Assembly: GCA_025353765.1 (NCBI GenBank)
Contig: JANXOD010000041.1
Coordinates: forward strand, 23,502-87,501
Reading direction: 5' to 3'
Origin: Sphingobacteriales bacterium
GTDB lineage: Bacteria > Bacteroidota > Bacteroidia > Sphingobacteriales > Sphingobacteriaceae
DNA length: 64,000 nucleotides
Shown: positions 49,403 to 59,763 of the stretch, piece after piece
Position numbering within the stretch: the stretch's first letter is position 1
Layout: every line of letters begins with the position of its first letter
Notes under the pieces: generated by a model
Databases searched by the model: none
What the model saw: only the letters and a program-made list of their open reading frames with translations
What the model was told of the DNA's origin: nothing
Translations under genes and position numbers: made by a program

Positions 49403-50764
49403 ATGTGGTATAATAACATTTTAGAAACCATTGGTAACACACCATTGGTTAAATTAAATACAATTACAAAAGATATTAAGGCAACTGTTCTGGCTAAGAT
49501 TGAAACTACCAATCCTGGTAATTCTATTAAAGACCGTATGGCAGTTAAAATGATTGAAGATGCAGAGCGCAGCGGAAAGTTAAAACCAGGCGGAACTATT
49601 ATTGAAGGAACATCTGGCAATACCGGAATGGGTTTGGCAATAGCAGCTGTAATAAAAGGTTATAAATGTATTTTTACCACTACTGATAAACAGTCTAAAG
49701 AAAAAGTAGACGCACTAAGGGCTTTTGGTGCCGAAGTAATTGTTTGTCCTACCAATGTAGAGCCCGAAGATCCAAGATCTTATTACTCTGTTTCTACCCG
49801 TTTAGAACGCGAAGTTCCCAATTCATGGAAACCTAATCAATATGATAATTTAGCTAATTCACAGGCGCATTACGAGCAAACCGGACCGGAGATTTGGAAA
49901 CAAACAGAAGGGAAAGTAACTCATTTACTTGTTGGTGTAGGTACGGGCGGAACGATATCCGGAACAGGAAGATATCTGAAAGAGCAAAACCCAAATATTA
50001 AAGTATGGGGAATTGATACCTATGGTTCTGTTTTTAAAAAATATAAGGAAACCGGTGAATTTGACAAGAATGAGATCTACCCATATATCACAGAAGGAAT
50101 AGGAGAGGACTTCTTACCTAAAAATGTAGACTTTAGTGTGATTGATCGTTTTGAAAAAGTAACCGATAAAGATGCAGCATTAATGACCCGTGAGATTGCC
50201 CGTAAAGAAGGGATTTTTGCCGGGAATTCTGCCGGTTCTGCGGTTGCCGGATTGCTGCAATTAAAAAATGAATTGAAAGAAGGTGATGTCGTAGTTATTA
50301 TTTTTCACGATCATGGCTCACGTTATATGGCTAAAATGTATAATGATGATTGGTTGCGTGAACGAGGTTTCCTAAATGATGAAAAACTAACTGCCAAATC
50401 TATCTTATCAAAACGTGGTCCGCAGGAAACGGTAACAGTTGATTGCGAAAAAACGGTTTTAGAGGCTATTAATACTATAAAAACACTTAATATATCTCAA
50501 ATTCCAGTTACCCAACAAGGCATGGTTATAGGTAAACTGACCGAAAGTGATATTCTAAATTCTGTTTTGGAAAATCCTTCATTAAAATCAAGCAGTGTAA
50601 AAGAAATCATGACGGCCTCTTTCCCCTTTGTAGATTTAAACACCTCAATAGACAAAATCTCCTCCATCATTAATAAAGATAATACAGCCGTTTTAGTAGA
50701 AGATGGACAGGGAAACATTGAGATCATTACTCAATATGATATTATTAATGCAATATCAGCTTAG
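49403..50764 (+). CDS. cystathionine beta-synthase-type PLP enzyme with C-terminal CBS pair
   Basis: PLP-Lys motif NSIKDR, GTSGNTG, GVGTGGTISG, and two C-terminal CBS domains. Confidence 0.85.
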   Translation: MWYNNILETIGNTPLVKLNTITKDIKATVLAKIETTNPGNSIKDRMAVKMIEDAERSGKLKPGGTIIEGTSGNTGMGLAIAAVIKGYKCIFTTTDKQSKEKVDALRAFGAEVIVCPTNVEPEDPRSYYSVSTRLEREVPNSWKPNQYDNLANSQAHYEQTGPEIWKQTEGKVTHLLVGVGTGGTISGTGRYLKEQNPNIKVWGIDTYGSVFKKYKETGEFDKNEIYPYITEGIGEDFLPKNVDFSVIDRFEKVTDKDAALMTREIARKEGIFAGNSAGSAVAGLLQLKNELKEGDVVVIIFHDHGSRYMAKMYNDDWLRERGFLNDEKLTAKSILSKRGPQETVTVDCEKTVLEAINTIKTLNISQIPVTQQGMVIGKLTESDILNSVLENPSLKSSSVKEIMTASFPFVDLNTSIDKISSIINKDNTAVLVEDGQGNIEIITQYDIINAISA

Positions 50765-50769
50765 AACCA

Positions 50770-50899
50770 TGTCATCCCGAACCGGGTGTAAGGTGAGGGA
50801 AATATATGATATTACCATTAATCTGTTTTAAACACGAAAGAAGTTTCCTCTTCGTTAGCACTCATTCGGAAGGACATAAGTTTTGTTTTCGAAATGACA
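50770..50899. repeat. inverted-repeat element between convergent genes
   Basis: tgtcatcccgaa (50770-50781) pairs imperfectly with ttcgaaatgaca (50888-50899). The GTCATyCCGAA-type termini recall REP-like repeats of Bacteroidota. Confidence 0.35.
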
Positions 50900-50921
50900 G
50901 GATTTTGTTTGCTTCCTAAAA

Positions 50922-51680
50922 TCAGTCAAAAGCATCAATAACAGAAGCTTCTTCGGTTTTTACTGAAGTGGCAATCAGCTGGTTGATATGTTTAATTTCT
51001 TCAATAGTAAGATAGCGCCATTTTCCAACACTTAGCCCATCCAGGTTGATATTCATAATCCGGATGCGTTTAAGTTTTACCACATGAAATCCCAAAACCT
51101 CACACATTCTTCTAATTTGCCGGTTCAGTCCTTGAGTTAAAATAATCCTAAATTTACATTTATTCTCCTGTACTATCTTACACTTTTGAGTGATGGTATC
51201 TAAAATAGCTACCCCATTACCCATTTTCTTAATAAAATCGATTGTAATAGGTTTATCAACCGTTACTAAATATTCTTTTTCGTGATTATTGCCGGCTCTT
51301 AAAATCTTGTTTACAATGTCACCGTCATTGGTAATAAAAATTAATCCTTCAGAAGGTTTATCTAAACGGCCAATGGGAAATATCCTTTCAGGGTGATTGA
51401 TAAAATCGATGATATTTCCTTTAATATGTCGTTCTGTGGTGCAGGTAATGCCAATAGGTTTGTTAAAAGCCATATAGATAGGCTCTTTTTTTGATTTCAA
51501 GGGCTTATCGTCAATTTTTACATCATCGCCAAGGTTTACTTTAGTACCCATTTCCGGCTTATAACCGTTAAGAGTTACTCTGCCTTGTTCAATGAGTTTA
51601 TCTGCTTCACGACGTGAGCAAAACCCTGTGTCACTAATAAATTTATTAAGGCGTATTGGATAGTTTTCTGAAGCAGACAT
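50922..51680 (-). CDS. rluF: 23S rRNA pseudouridine synthase, RluF-like
   Basis: S4 domain (RLNKFISDTGFCSRREAD) and catalytic Asp motif GRLDKPSEGL. Confidence 0.8.
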   Translation of the reverse strand: MSASENYPIRLNKFISDTGFCSRREADKLIEQGRVTLNGYKPEMGTKVNLGDDVKIDDKPLKSKKEPIYMAFNKPIGITCTTERHIKGNIIDFINHPERIFPIGRLDKPSEGLIFITNDGDIVNKILRAGNNHEKEYLVTVDKPITIDFIKKMGNGVAILDTITQKCKIVQENKCKFRIILTQGLNRQIRRMCEVLGFHVVKLKRIRIMNINLDGLSVGKWRYLTIEEIKHINQLIATSVKTEEASVIDAFD

Positions 51681-51699
51681 GATAAATCAGGCGACAGCC

Positions 51700-52599
51700 T
51701 TACTTAGATTTAGAATTCAAAAGATTTTTATCCATCCAGCTTTTAATTTCCTTGCTTAAAGCGATTCTTTTATCCGTGAAGGGATGATCTGTATTCCATA
51801 TTTTATATTGAAGTTTTGTTGTTTTAGAATATTTGGCCAGGTAATTATTGTTTTCATGTTCATCAATCACCAATATTGGTTTTGATGAATTTGCAACCAT
51901 TTGCTCCATATTATATTGTTCTATATTGGCCAGTATATCATTCAAAAATGTGTTGGGATCACAATTTAACATACCCAAAGTTGCCAAATATTCTTTTAAA
52001 GAAATAAGGTTACTGGGTGCATCTTTACCTTTAAGCAAGGTATACGGATTAAAAACAGAAATTCCTACTATAGCTTTAACACGTTTATCATTCATCCCGC
52101 TAATCATTGCCATACCAGCACCCATGCTATGGCCAATCATCCCTATCCGTGTAGTATCAATTCGCATGGTGGCTGCATGAACAGAATCACATATATAATC
52201 TACCACTGCTTTTGCATCTGCTATCCCATTACCAAAGCCGAAAGTTCCCTTGCTCCCCCAGCTTCCACGGTAATCAAAATAAATAACGTTGTATCCTGCT
52301 CGTCTTAGGTTTTGGGCCAGATCTAAATTTCGTTCATTTCCAGGAAGGCCATGTAATAAAATAATAGTGGGATGAGGGCCTTTGCCATTGGCTACATATT
52401 CAAATCCAAATATGGATGAGCCTGATGATTTAAACTCCAATTCCTGTTCTGCGGCAGGATATAATTTATCCTGTAAACCATCCTGTGAAATATAGGTTTC
52501 AATAGTTTTGGATGATTTTAAGAGTGATCCACGCTTACAGGAGGTTAAAGAAGTAATTAAAAATAGAGAGAGGAATAAATAATAGTATATAAATTTCAT
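51700..52599 (-). CDS. alpha/beta hydrolase lipoprotein
   Basis: Lipobox LTSC, HGLPG oxyanion region, nucleophile elbow GHSMG. Confidence 0.75.
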   Translation of the reverse strand: MKFIYYYLFLSLFLITSLTSCKRGSLLKSSKTIETYISQDGLQDKLYPAAEQELEFKSSGSSIFGFEYVANGKGPHPTIILLHGLPGNERNLDLAQNLRRAGYNVIYFDYRGSWGSKGTFGFGNGIADAKAVVDYICDSVHAATMRIDTTRIGMIGHSMGAGMAMISGMNDKRVKAIVGISVFNPYTLLKGKDAPSNLISLKEYLATLGMLNCDPNTFLNDILANIEQYNMEQMVANSSKPILVIDEHENNNYLAKYSKTTKLQYKIWNTDHPFTDKRIALSKEIKSWMDKNLLNSKSK

Positions 52600-52701
52600 A
52601 TTTTATGTGTAATTTAAAATGCCTTGCGCATAAATTGAGCCAAAAGTTAATTTTTCTAAGTTTCTTTTCCGCAGTTGCGCATACTTGCCAGCTGCAATTA
52701 A

Positions 52702-53559
52702 TTAGAAACTTTTTATAATGCTGTTATGCAATGTGTGCGGCGTCCAATAACCGCTTGCTATAATACGGCGAATGGTAAATAGGGGATCCTGATCATCTCT
52801 TTTTTCTGATAATATAAAGGCAGCAATAAAACCTCGTTTTTTTAATTCGGGGATGGCTTCTTTATTCCATAAACCAAATGGATAAGCAAAATATCTCATC
52901 TTCTTACCGGTAATTTCTTCCAGGGTTTTAGTTGGCTTTTCTATTTGGGTAACCCAATCCTGGCCCTGGTATTTTTTCACATTATGATGGTCCCAGGTAT
53001 GGGAAGCAATAATATGCCCCTCATCAGATAATTGCTTTACCTGTACTCTGCTCATATAATTAGGACGGCCTAAAGAAACCGTCATGACAAAGAATACTCC
53101 CTTAAAACCATATTTCTTCATTTCGGGAGCGGCAATAGTAAATTGATCCAGGTCTGTATCGTCAAACGTAAGCATGATGGGTTTACTGGGCAATTTGGCT
53201 CCGGTGTTTAAATAATTATAAAGTTGATCTGGCAAAATAGTATGATAACCGCTATCTGCCAGCATTTTTATATCAGCTTTATATGTGGCTATTGGCATAA
53301 TATAATCCTTTGCAGATTTAGAATCTTTTTCACGCCAATCGCGGATTTGATGATAGCATAAAATAGGAACTTGTGGACGAGTTAAAATAATTGCCGCAGA
53401 AGCAGGTTTACCGAGAGTTACTTGCCCTGAATTACGAAATTCTGCTTTATCGGTAGCCTTATCATCGCTTCCTGCTGAATGTGCATCGGTTTTAGATTTA
53501 CAGGAATAAAGGCTTACAGAAGCAATCAGTATAAAGCCGGCAATTAAATTCTTGATCAT
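52702..53559 (-). CDS. polysaccharide deacetylase (NodB-type) lipoprotein
   Basis: Lipobox LYSC, TFDDTD, SHTWDHH and AYPFG motifs. Confidence 0.8.
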   Translation of the reverse strand: MIKNLIAGFILIASVSLYSCKSKTDAHSAGSDDKATDKAEFRNSGQVTLGKPASAAIILTRPQVPILCYHQIRDWREKDSKSAKDYIMPIATYKADIKMLADSGYHTILPDQLYNYLNTGAKLPSKPIMLTFDDTDLDQFTIAAPEMKKYGFKGVFFVMTVSLGRPNYMSRVQVKQLSDEGHIIASHTWDHHNVKKYQGQDWVTQIEKPTKTLEEITGKKMRYFAYPFGLWNKEAIPELKKRGFIAAFILSEKRDDQDPLFTIRRIIASGYWTPHTLHNSIIKSF

Positions 53560-53784
53560 TTGTATTAGGAATAGAGTGTAGATGAATATTGTTGTAATGA
53601 TTTTGTTACAGTACTAACTTGATTGACAAAAGTAGAATAAAAGTACTTTAAATATCAGAATTATCTAAATCATTTAATTACTTCGAAGACTCAATTGTTA
53701 ACCTTAAGTAAAATATGTTGCACAAGTTGAATATATTTATATCTTTATTCTTTAAATAATATTCCCACTAAAGATAAAACTCAC

Positions 53785-55650
53785 ATGAAAGCAAAATTTT
53801 ACATTTATTGTATTGCAATGCTCTTATCGGGTCAGGCATTTGCAACGCCTGCAATTTCTTCTGTTAGCCCGGCCAGTGCTTTTAAAGGACAAACGGTAAA
53901 AATAACCATTACGGGGACAGGTACTTTTTTTAATATTACCACTTCTGTGAGCCTTCAAATGGGTGCAGATGTTATTAAAGCCACCTCTTTTATGGCTCTC
54001 AGTAGTACCAAAATAGAAGCTACTTTTACTATCCCATCTAATGCAAAAACTGGTTTGTGGGCTGTGCTTGTTAACTGCCTTAACAATGGAACCTTATTGA
54101 AAAATAATATTTTCAATATATCATCAGTCGTTCCACCACCACCTCTAATAATATCTGTTAGTCCTGGAACTATTGTTATAGGTCAGCCCACAAAACTAAC
54201 TATTATCGGAGCTAATACTCATCTTGGAGAGAATTTTTCTAATGTAGAGTTTAAATTTGGCTCAACTGTAATTATTCCCAATAAATTAAAGCCAATTAGT
54301 GATACAAAGTTAGAAGCTATTTTTGATGTGATGCCTGATATAAAAACAGGATTATGTACGCTTACCTTATCATTATCAGGTCAAGTCGATGGGGTATTAT
54401 CCAAGAGTTCTAATTTAAATGTCCTACCGCCAGTCTTCACATTTAGTCCTAGTACTGCCATTCCTGGGCAAAATATAGAATTTACAATTACACAAGGAGA
54501 GGTATGTTCAAGTTGTAAATCTGCACAATTTCAGATTATGAAAAAAGGCGTAGACACCATATCTGCATATAGAAGATCGGATTTTCCTATAGTTGATAAA
54601 GCATTTGTGTCTATACCTAATGATGCAGCTCCGGGAGTATATGATTTTGCAATATGGTATTATTATTATCAGGATGGTAGTGGTGGGCCTTACTTATTTT
54701 ATCCTGTTACAAAAGTAAATTCCTTTACGATTTTGGCTCCGTCTATAACTGTTGCACCTAATACCACCTATCAGAGCCATAAAGGATTTTGGATAACCAT
54801 TAGTGGAACAAATACTCATTTTAAGGGAGCAAAAAAAATAAGTTTAACAAATGGAATGGATATCATTTATTCCACTGCTTTAAACTTTAATTCAAATACA
54901 AGCCTAAGTGCTAGTTTTGATATACCAGTAAATGTAAAAACAGGATTATGGGATATAAATATAATTGGGCCATGGGATCCAAACCCTATAGATGGGTTGA
55001 AAAAAGAAAATTTTGATTTGACTAAGGCAGGTTGTATCGTTATTAACCCACAACCTTTAATAACTACCAACATTCCCAATATACCTGTAAAACAAGGAGA
55101 AACCGTTAAAGTGGCTATTTCAGGTACCAATGCGCATTTTACTTCAGGCAATCTGCAGGTATCTATGTCACAAGGTGCTTCCATCATTACGGGTACCAAT
55201 AATATAGTTGGCAACAATAACTCTATGACTTCAACTTTTATTATACCCCTTTATGCCAACACCGGCTTATGGGATCTTAATGTACTGGAATTAAAAGATG
55301 ATATTATCACTAAAGCCAATAGTTTTACGGTTAATGCGGCCTCCACTCTTAGCCCTGGAAATCTTAGTCCTGGCATTCCGAAAGGGTTGGTTCAAAACAA
55401 TAGCATGAGTTTGTTTCCCAATCCTGCCAAAGATCAATTTATGCTAAAGACTAATTTTGAAAAGAACAATACATTGTTTACCCTTACTATCACCAATGCA
55501 CAGGGTAAAGTAGTTTATAGTTTGAAAGAAGCAGCTGCTTTGGGTGCATACCAGAAAACAATCGGGATTTCTGATTGGCCTCTGGGGGTATATTCTATAA
55601 ATATGAGCTCTCCACAAGGAAGTATTTTACAAAAATTTATTAAGGAGTAG
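53785..55650 (+). CDS. T9SS-secreted Ig/IPT-like repeat protein, paralog 1
   Basis: Signal peptide and about 5 repeats of the type (S/T)PxxAxxGQxVKxTIxGTNTHF...TGLWD. Type A CTD LFPNPAKDQF...GVYSINM...KFIKE. Confidence 0.7.
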   Translation: MKAKFYIYCIAMLLSGQAFATPAISSVSPASAFKGQTVKITITGTGTFFNITTSVSLQMGADVIKATSFMALSSTKIEATFTIPSNAKTGLWAVLVNCLNNGTLLKNNIFNISSVVPPPPLIISVSPGTIVIGQPTKLTIIGANTHLGENFSNVEFKFGSTVIIPNKLKPISDTKLEAIFDVMPDIKTGLCTLTLSLSGQVDGVLSKSSNLNVLPPVFTFSPSTAIPGQNIEFTITQGEVCSSCKSAQFQIMKKGVDTISAYRRSDFPIVDKAFVSIPNDAAPGVYDFAIWYYYYQDGSGGPYLFYPVTKVNSFTILAPSITVAPNTTYQSHKGFWITISGTNTHFKGAKKISLTNGMDIIYSTALNFNSNTSLSASFDIPVNVKTGLWDINIIGPWDPNPIDGLKKENFDLTKAGCIVINPQPLITTNIPNIPVKQGETVKVAISGTNAHFTSGNLQVSMSQGASIITGTNNIVGNNNSMTSTFIIPLYANTGLWDLNVLELKDDIITKANSFTVNAASTLSPGNLSPGIPKGLVQNNSMSLFPNPAKDQFMLKTNFEKNNTLFTLTITNAQGKVVYSLKEAAALGAYQKTIGISDWPLGVYSINMSSPQGSILQKFIKE

Positions 55651-55710
55651 TACATTAGACAAACCAAATGGTTAAACAAACCAAATTATTATATCATTTA
55701 AAAAACTCAC

Positions 55711-57552
55711 ATGAAAGCAAAATTTAACATTTATTGTATTGCAATGTTTTTATCCGTTCAGGTATTTGCAGTGCCTGTAATATCATCTATTACCCCCAAT
55801 ACGGCTTTTAAAGGACAAACATTAAAAGTAACCATTAACGGAACAGGCACTTTTTTCATGACTACGACTTTAGTGAATCTTCAAAATGGTGTAGATATAA
55901 TTAAGGCCAATTCTTTTACCGCACTCAGCAGTACAAAAATAGAAGCCACTTTTACTATACCTGCTAATGCAAAAATAGGTTTATGGGCCGTTACTGTGAA
56001 AGGCTTTACAAATGGTACTTTAACAAAAAATAATAGCTTTATTATAGCGCTGCCTCCACCCCCACCTCCGCCTTCAATAACCTCTGTTAGCCCCGGTGCT
56101 TTTGTTGGAGCAAAGGTAAAAGTAACCATTACCGGAATTAACACTCATTTCATGGGAACTTCTATAGTTAATCTTAAATTTGGTTCGGCTGTAATTAGTG
56201 CCAATAAAGACTACCTAATTAATCCAATTAGCGATACAAAGTTAGAAGCCACATTTTATATACCCTATAATGTAAATACAGGGCTATGGACTGTTACCGT
56301 AGAAGATAAGTTAGATGGTATTATATCCAAAAACTTTAATTTTAATATCCCATTACGAACGATTACTATTAGTCCCAATACTGCCATTCCCGGTGAAGAT
56401 GTAAGAACAATAATTATTGGAAAAAATTATGACTTTGCCCTGCATTACATGCTGAAAAAAGACAATGTATTGATTAATAGCAACTATTTTTATAATCACT
56501 ATCCTGATAGTGTAATAGTTTCTTTCCTAATTCCTAAAGATGCGGCTATAGGGTTATATGATTTGGTGGGAGAAAGTTGGAAGTTTGATGATAATACTAC
56601 AATTACTAAAGTAGGGACCTTTACAGTATTACTGCCCACAATCACTATTACACCTAATACAACCTATCAGAGCCGTAAAGGATTTGGAGTAGTCCTTACC
56701 GGAACTAATACCCATTTTAAGGGCACTAAAAAAATAGCTTTAACTAATGGTAATGGGATGGATAGTATTTACTCCACTACTTTAAATGTTAATTCAAATA
56801 CAAGCATGAGTGCTACTTTTAATATACCAGTAAATGCAAAGGCAGGATTATGGGATCTAAATATAATGGGGCCAGATTCAAGCCCTATATTTGGACTTGG
56901 AGGAGAAAAAGAAGATTTTGATTTAAGTAAAAAGAAATGCATCGTCATAAACCCGCAACCCTTAATATCAACTAATATACCCAATATACCGGTTAACCAG
57001 GGAGAAACTGTAAAAGTGGTTATTGCAGGCACTAATACTCATTTCACTTCGGGCAATTTGCTTGCTTTTATCTCGCAGGGCACATCTATGATCATTGGTA
57101 CTAATACAGTAGCAGCTAATAATATTTCCTTAACTACAACTTTTAATATACCCGCTAATGCTAATACAGGCTTATGGAATTTGAATGTGCAAGATTTAAA
57201 TGATGACGTGATCACTAAAGCCAATAGTTTTACGGTTAACGCAGTCTCCAATCTTAGCCCGGGTATTCCTGCTGGTTTTCAAAAGGGCTTGGTTCCCAAC
57301 AATAATATGATTTTATTTCCTAATCCTGCTAAAGATCAATTTACATTGAAGACTAATTTTGAAAAGAATAATACACTGTTTACTCTTACTATCACTAATG
57401 CACAGGGTAAAGTAGTTTATAGTTTGAAAGAAGCAGCTGCTTTAGGTGCTTACCAGAAAACAATCGGGATATCTGATTGGCCTATGGGGGTATATTCTGT
57501 AAATATAAGTTCACCACAAGGAAGTATTTTACAAAAATTTATTAAGGAGTAG
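55711..57552 (+). CDS. T9SS-secreted Ig/IPT-like repeat protein, paralog 2
   Basis: Same architecture as 53785-55650, lying 60 nt downstream. Contains a PPPPPPPS linker. The last ~85 aa are nearly identical to paralog 1. Confidence 0.7.
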   Translation: MKAKFNIYCIAMFLSVQVFAVPVISSITPNTAFKGQTLKVTINGTGTFFMTTTLVNLQNGVDIIKANSFTALSSTKIEATFTIPANAKIGLWAVTVKGFTNGTLTKNNSFIIALPPPPPPPSITSVSPGAFVGAKVKVTITGINTHFMGTSIVNLKFGSAVISANKDYLINPISDTKLEATFYIPYNVNTGLWTVTVEDKLDGIISKNFNFNIPLRTITISPNTAIPGEDVRTIIIGKNYDFALHYMLKKDNVLINSNYFYNHYPDSVIVSFLIPKDAAIGLYDLVGESWKFDDNTTITKVGTFTVLLPTITITPNTTYQSRKGFGVVLTGTNTHFKGTKKIALTNGNGMDSIYSTTLNVNSNTSMSATFNIPVNAKAGLWDLNIMGPDSSPIFGLGGEKEDFDLSKKKCIVINPQPLISTNIPNIPVNQGETVKVVIAGTNTHFTSGNLLAFISQGTSMIIGTNTVAANNISLTTTFNIPANANTGLWNLNVQDLNDDVITKANSFTVNAVSNLSPGIPAGFQKGLVPNNNMILFPNPAKDQFTLKTNFEKNNTLFTLTITNAQGKVVYSLKEAAALGAYQKTIGISDWPMGVYSVNISSPQGSILQKFIKE

Positions 57553-57571
57553 TATTAAAATTTAAATGAAT

Positions 57572-57602
57572 AGGCTGTCTCAAAAGGGCAGTCTATTTTT
57601 TT
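57572..57602 (+). terminator. rho-independent terminator
   Basis: Stem aggctgtc pairs with ggcagtct (two G-U pairs), followed by T7. Confidence 0.6.
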
Positions 57603-57669
57603 ATGCGCTGAATCTTCCTTTAGTGGAAACCTATAATTCCATTACCTTTGCACCAATTAAAATACTGAA

Positions 57670-58971
57670 ATGATACAGAAAGTACTGGAAAATCTAGAAA
57701 TTACCGCATTAAATGAGATGCAAAAAGCTTCTTTAACTGTGGCTAAAGAAAAAGATATCATCTTGCTTTCGCCAACGGGTTCGGGTAAGACACTGGCATT
57801 TTTGTTAACGATTTTAAATACCATCCAGAGCGATAGGGCAGGTATACAGGCATTAATCCTGGTTCCTTCCAGAGAACTGGCTCTGCAAATAGAACAGGTT
57901 TTCAAGCTGATGGGAACAGGTTTTAAAGTAAATTGCTGTTACGGTGGCCATCCCACGAAAGTGGAAAAAAATAACTTAATACAGGCACCTGCTGTATTGA
58001 TCGGTACACCCGGCCGGATTGCCTATCATATCCGTAATGAGAGTTTTAATACAGAATCCATACATGTTTTAGTGTTGGATGAATTTGATAAAGCACTGGA
58101 GTTTGGCTTTCAGGATGATATGTCTTTTATCATTAGTAAATTAAAAGGCTTGAAAAAGCGGATTTTAACTTCGGCGACTAAAATGATTGAAATTCCTGCT
58201 TTTACAGGAGTAATAAAACCGGTTGAAATTGATTTCTTAAAAGATAGCAACAGCTCGCCCGACCTAAAGTTAAAAGCGGTAATTTCTGATGCAGCCGACA
58301 AGCTGGATGCTTTATTTACCCTGATCTGTAAAATTGGAAGTAAAGCCACTCTTGTTTTTTGTAATCATCGGGATGCAGTAGAGCGTATTAGTGATTTATT
58401 ATGGGATAAGGGTTTGGCCCATGATATTTTTCATGGCGGGATGGAGCAGGAAGATCGGGAACGAGCTTTGCTTAAGTTCAGAAATGGCAGTCACAGGTTG
58501 TTAATTACAACAGACCTGGCTTCCCGTGGATTGGATATACCGGAAATTGAATACATCATTCACTATCAATTGCCGCATAATGAAGAAGCTTTTCTGCACC
58601 GAAATGGTCGTACAGCACGCATGAATGCCAAAGGAACTTCGTATGTTATTTTAACAGAAGACGAAAAGCCATCTTTTATACCTGATAAAACGGAGGTTGA
58701 AGAATTGCCGGAGCAGAATATCCTTCCTCAAAATACGCCTTGGGCAACGTTATACCTGGCAGCCGGTAAAAAAGATAAGGTGAATAAAATAGATATTGTA
58801 GGCCTATTGCTTAAAAAAGGTGAGTTGCAAAAAGATGAGTTGGGCTTAATTGAGGTGCTGGATTATTCATCCTATGCGGCTGTGAATCGTTCTAAAATAG
58901 ATCGTACAGTTACGTTGATTAAAAACGAAAAAATAAAGAATAAAAAAGTTAAAATTGAAGTCTCCAGATAG
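57670..58971 (+). CDS. DEAD-box RNA helicase with DbpA-like C-terminal RNA-binding domain
   Basis: Walker A SPTGSGKT, motif II DEFD, SAT, TDLASRGLD and HRNGRTAR. Has a basic C-terminal extension. Confidence 0.88.
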   Translation: MIQKVLENLEITALNEMQKASLTVAKEKDIILLSPTGSGKTLAFLLTILNTIQSDRAGIQALILVPSRELALQIEQVFKLMGTGFKVNCCYGGHPTKVEKNNLIQAPAVLIGTPGRIAYHIRNESFNTESIHVLVLDEFDKALEFGFQDDMSFIISKLKGLKKRILTSATKMIEIPAFTGVIKPVEIDFLKDSNSSPDLKLKAVISDAADKLDALFTLICKIGSKATLVFCNHRDAVERISDLLWDKGLAHDIFHGGMEQEDRERALLKFRNGSHRLLITTDLASRGLDIPEIEYIIHYQLPHNEEAFLHRNGRTARMNAKGTSYVILTEDEKPSFIPDKTEVEELPEQNILPQNTPWATLYLAAGKKDKVNKIDIVGLLLKKGELQKDELGLIEVLDYSSYAAVNRSKIDRTVTLIKNEKIKNKKVKIEVSR

Positions 58972-58977
58972 TACACC

Positions 58978-59208
58978 ATGAGCAATAACGATATAATGAA
59001 AAAGCTTCGCGTAGCGCTTCAGTTAAACGACGAAGAAATTGTGAACATTCTTAAACTGGCTAATTTTAATATCACTAAAAGCGAATTGGGAGCCATATTC
59101 CGTAAAGATGATCATCCTAACTTTAAGCCTTGTGGCGATCAGATTTTACGAAACTTCCTCAATGGATTGGTAATTTATAAACGGGGGCCTAAACCTGAAA
59201 AGGAATAG
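58978..59208 (+). CDS. DUF1456 (YehS-like) protein
   Basis: NNDIMKKLRVALQLNDEEIVNI...FLNGLVIYKRG matches the DUF1456 repeat pattern. Confidence 0.65.
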   Translation: MSNNDIMKKLRVALQLNDEEIVNILKLANFNITKSELGAIFRKDDHPNFKPCGDQILRNFLNGLVIYKRGPKPEKE

Positions 59209-59323
59209 TAATCGCTATTCGAAGTTTTCAAATGGAATCAGTATAGACATAGTCTTAGGCTACCATAAACAATCAATTTCAATAATCGCATCCAGTTCTC
59301 CAGCCAGAAGGCAATCTTATGCT

Positions 59324-59533
59324 GTGAGTAGGCATTTGGATAAGGGCAGAATTCGTCCGGGCGTTGTAAGTGAGTATTTGGACTCAGTCAATTGGCATTT
59401 GGATACTGTGAGCGAGCATTTGGACTCTGTCAGAAGGCATTTGGATACAGTCAATTGGCATCCGGGCGTTGTAAGCGAGCATTTGGACCCAGTCAATTGT
59501 CATTTGGGCCGTGTCAGCAGTCATTTTTTATGA
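59324..59533. repeat. about 10 tandem degenerate 21-bp repeats (core GTnAnnnnGCATTTGGAnnnn)
   Basis: Period 21 is seen by eye, and a 105-bp higher-order copy matches 59347-59400 to 59452-59505. One frame is open from GTG 59324 and gives the heptads V-S/N-E/W-H-L-D-S/T. Confidence 0.8.
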
Positions 59534-59763
59534 AATAAATCGCTTCTGTAGCTAGTTATATAGTAATTTTAAGCTATTGTAGCTGATTTTTGTGTTTAAA
59601 AAGTATATTTTGTTGTTTTTTTAGTCTATTGAGGATAAAAAGAGAGTAGTAAAATGAATTTGAATTAAAATGGGATGCAAAATTTATCTCAAAATAAGAC
59701 CATTCTGCAATTAATCCTTTATTCTTTACTCTTATGTCTTTCCAACAGCTCTAATCCTACTTT

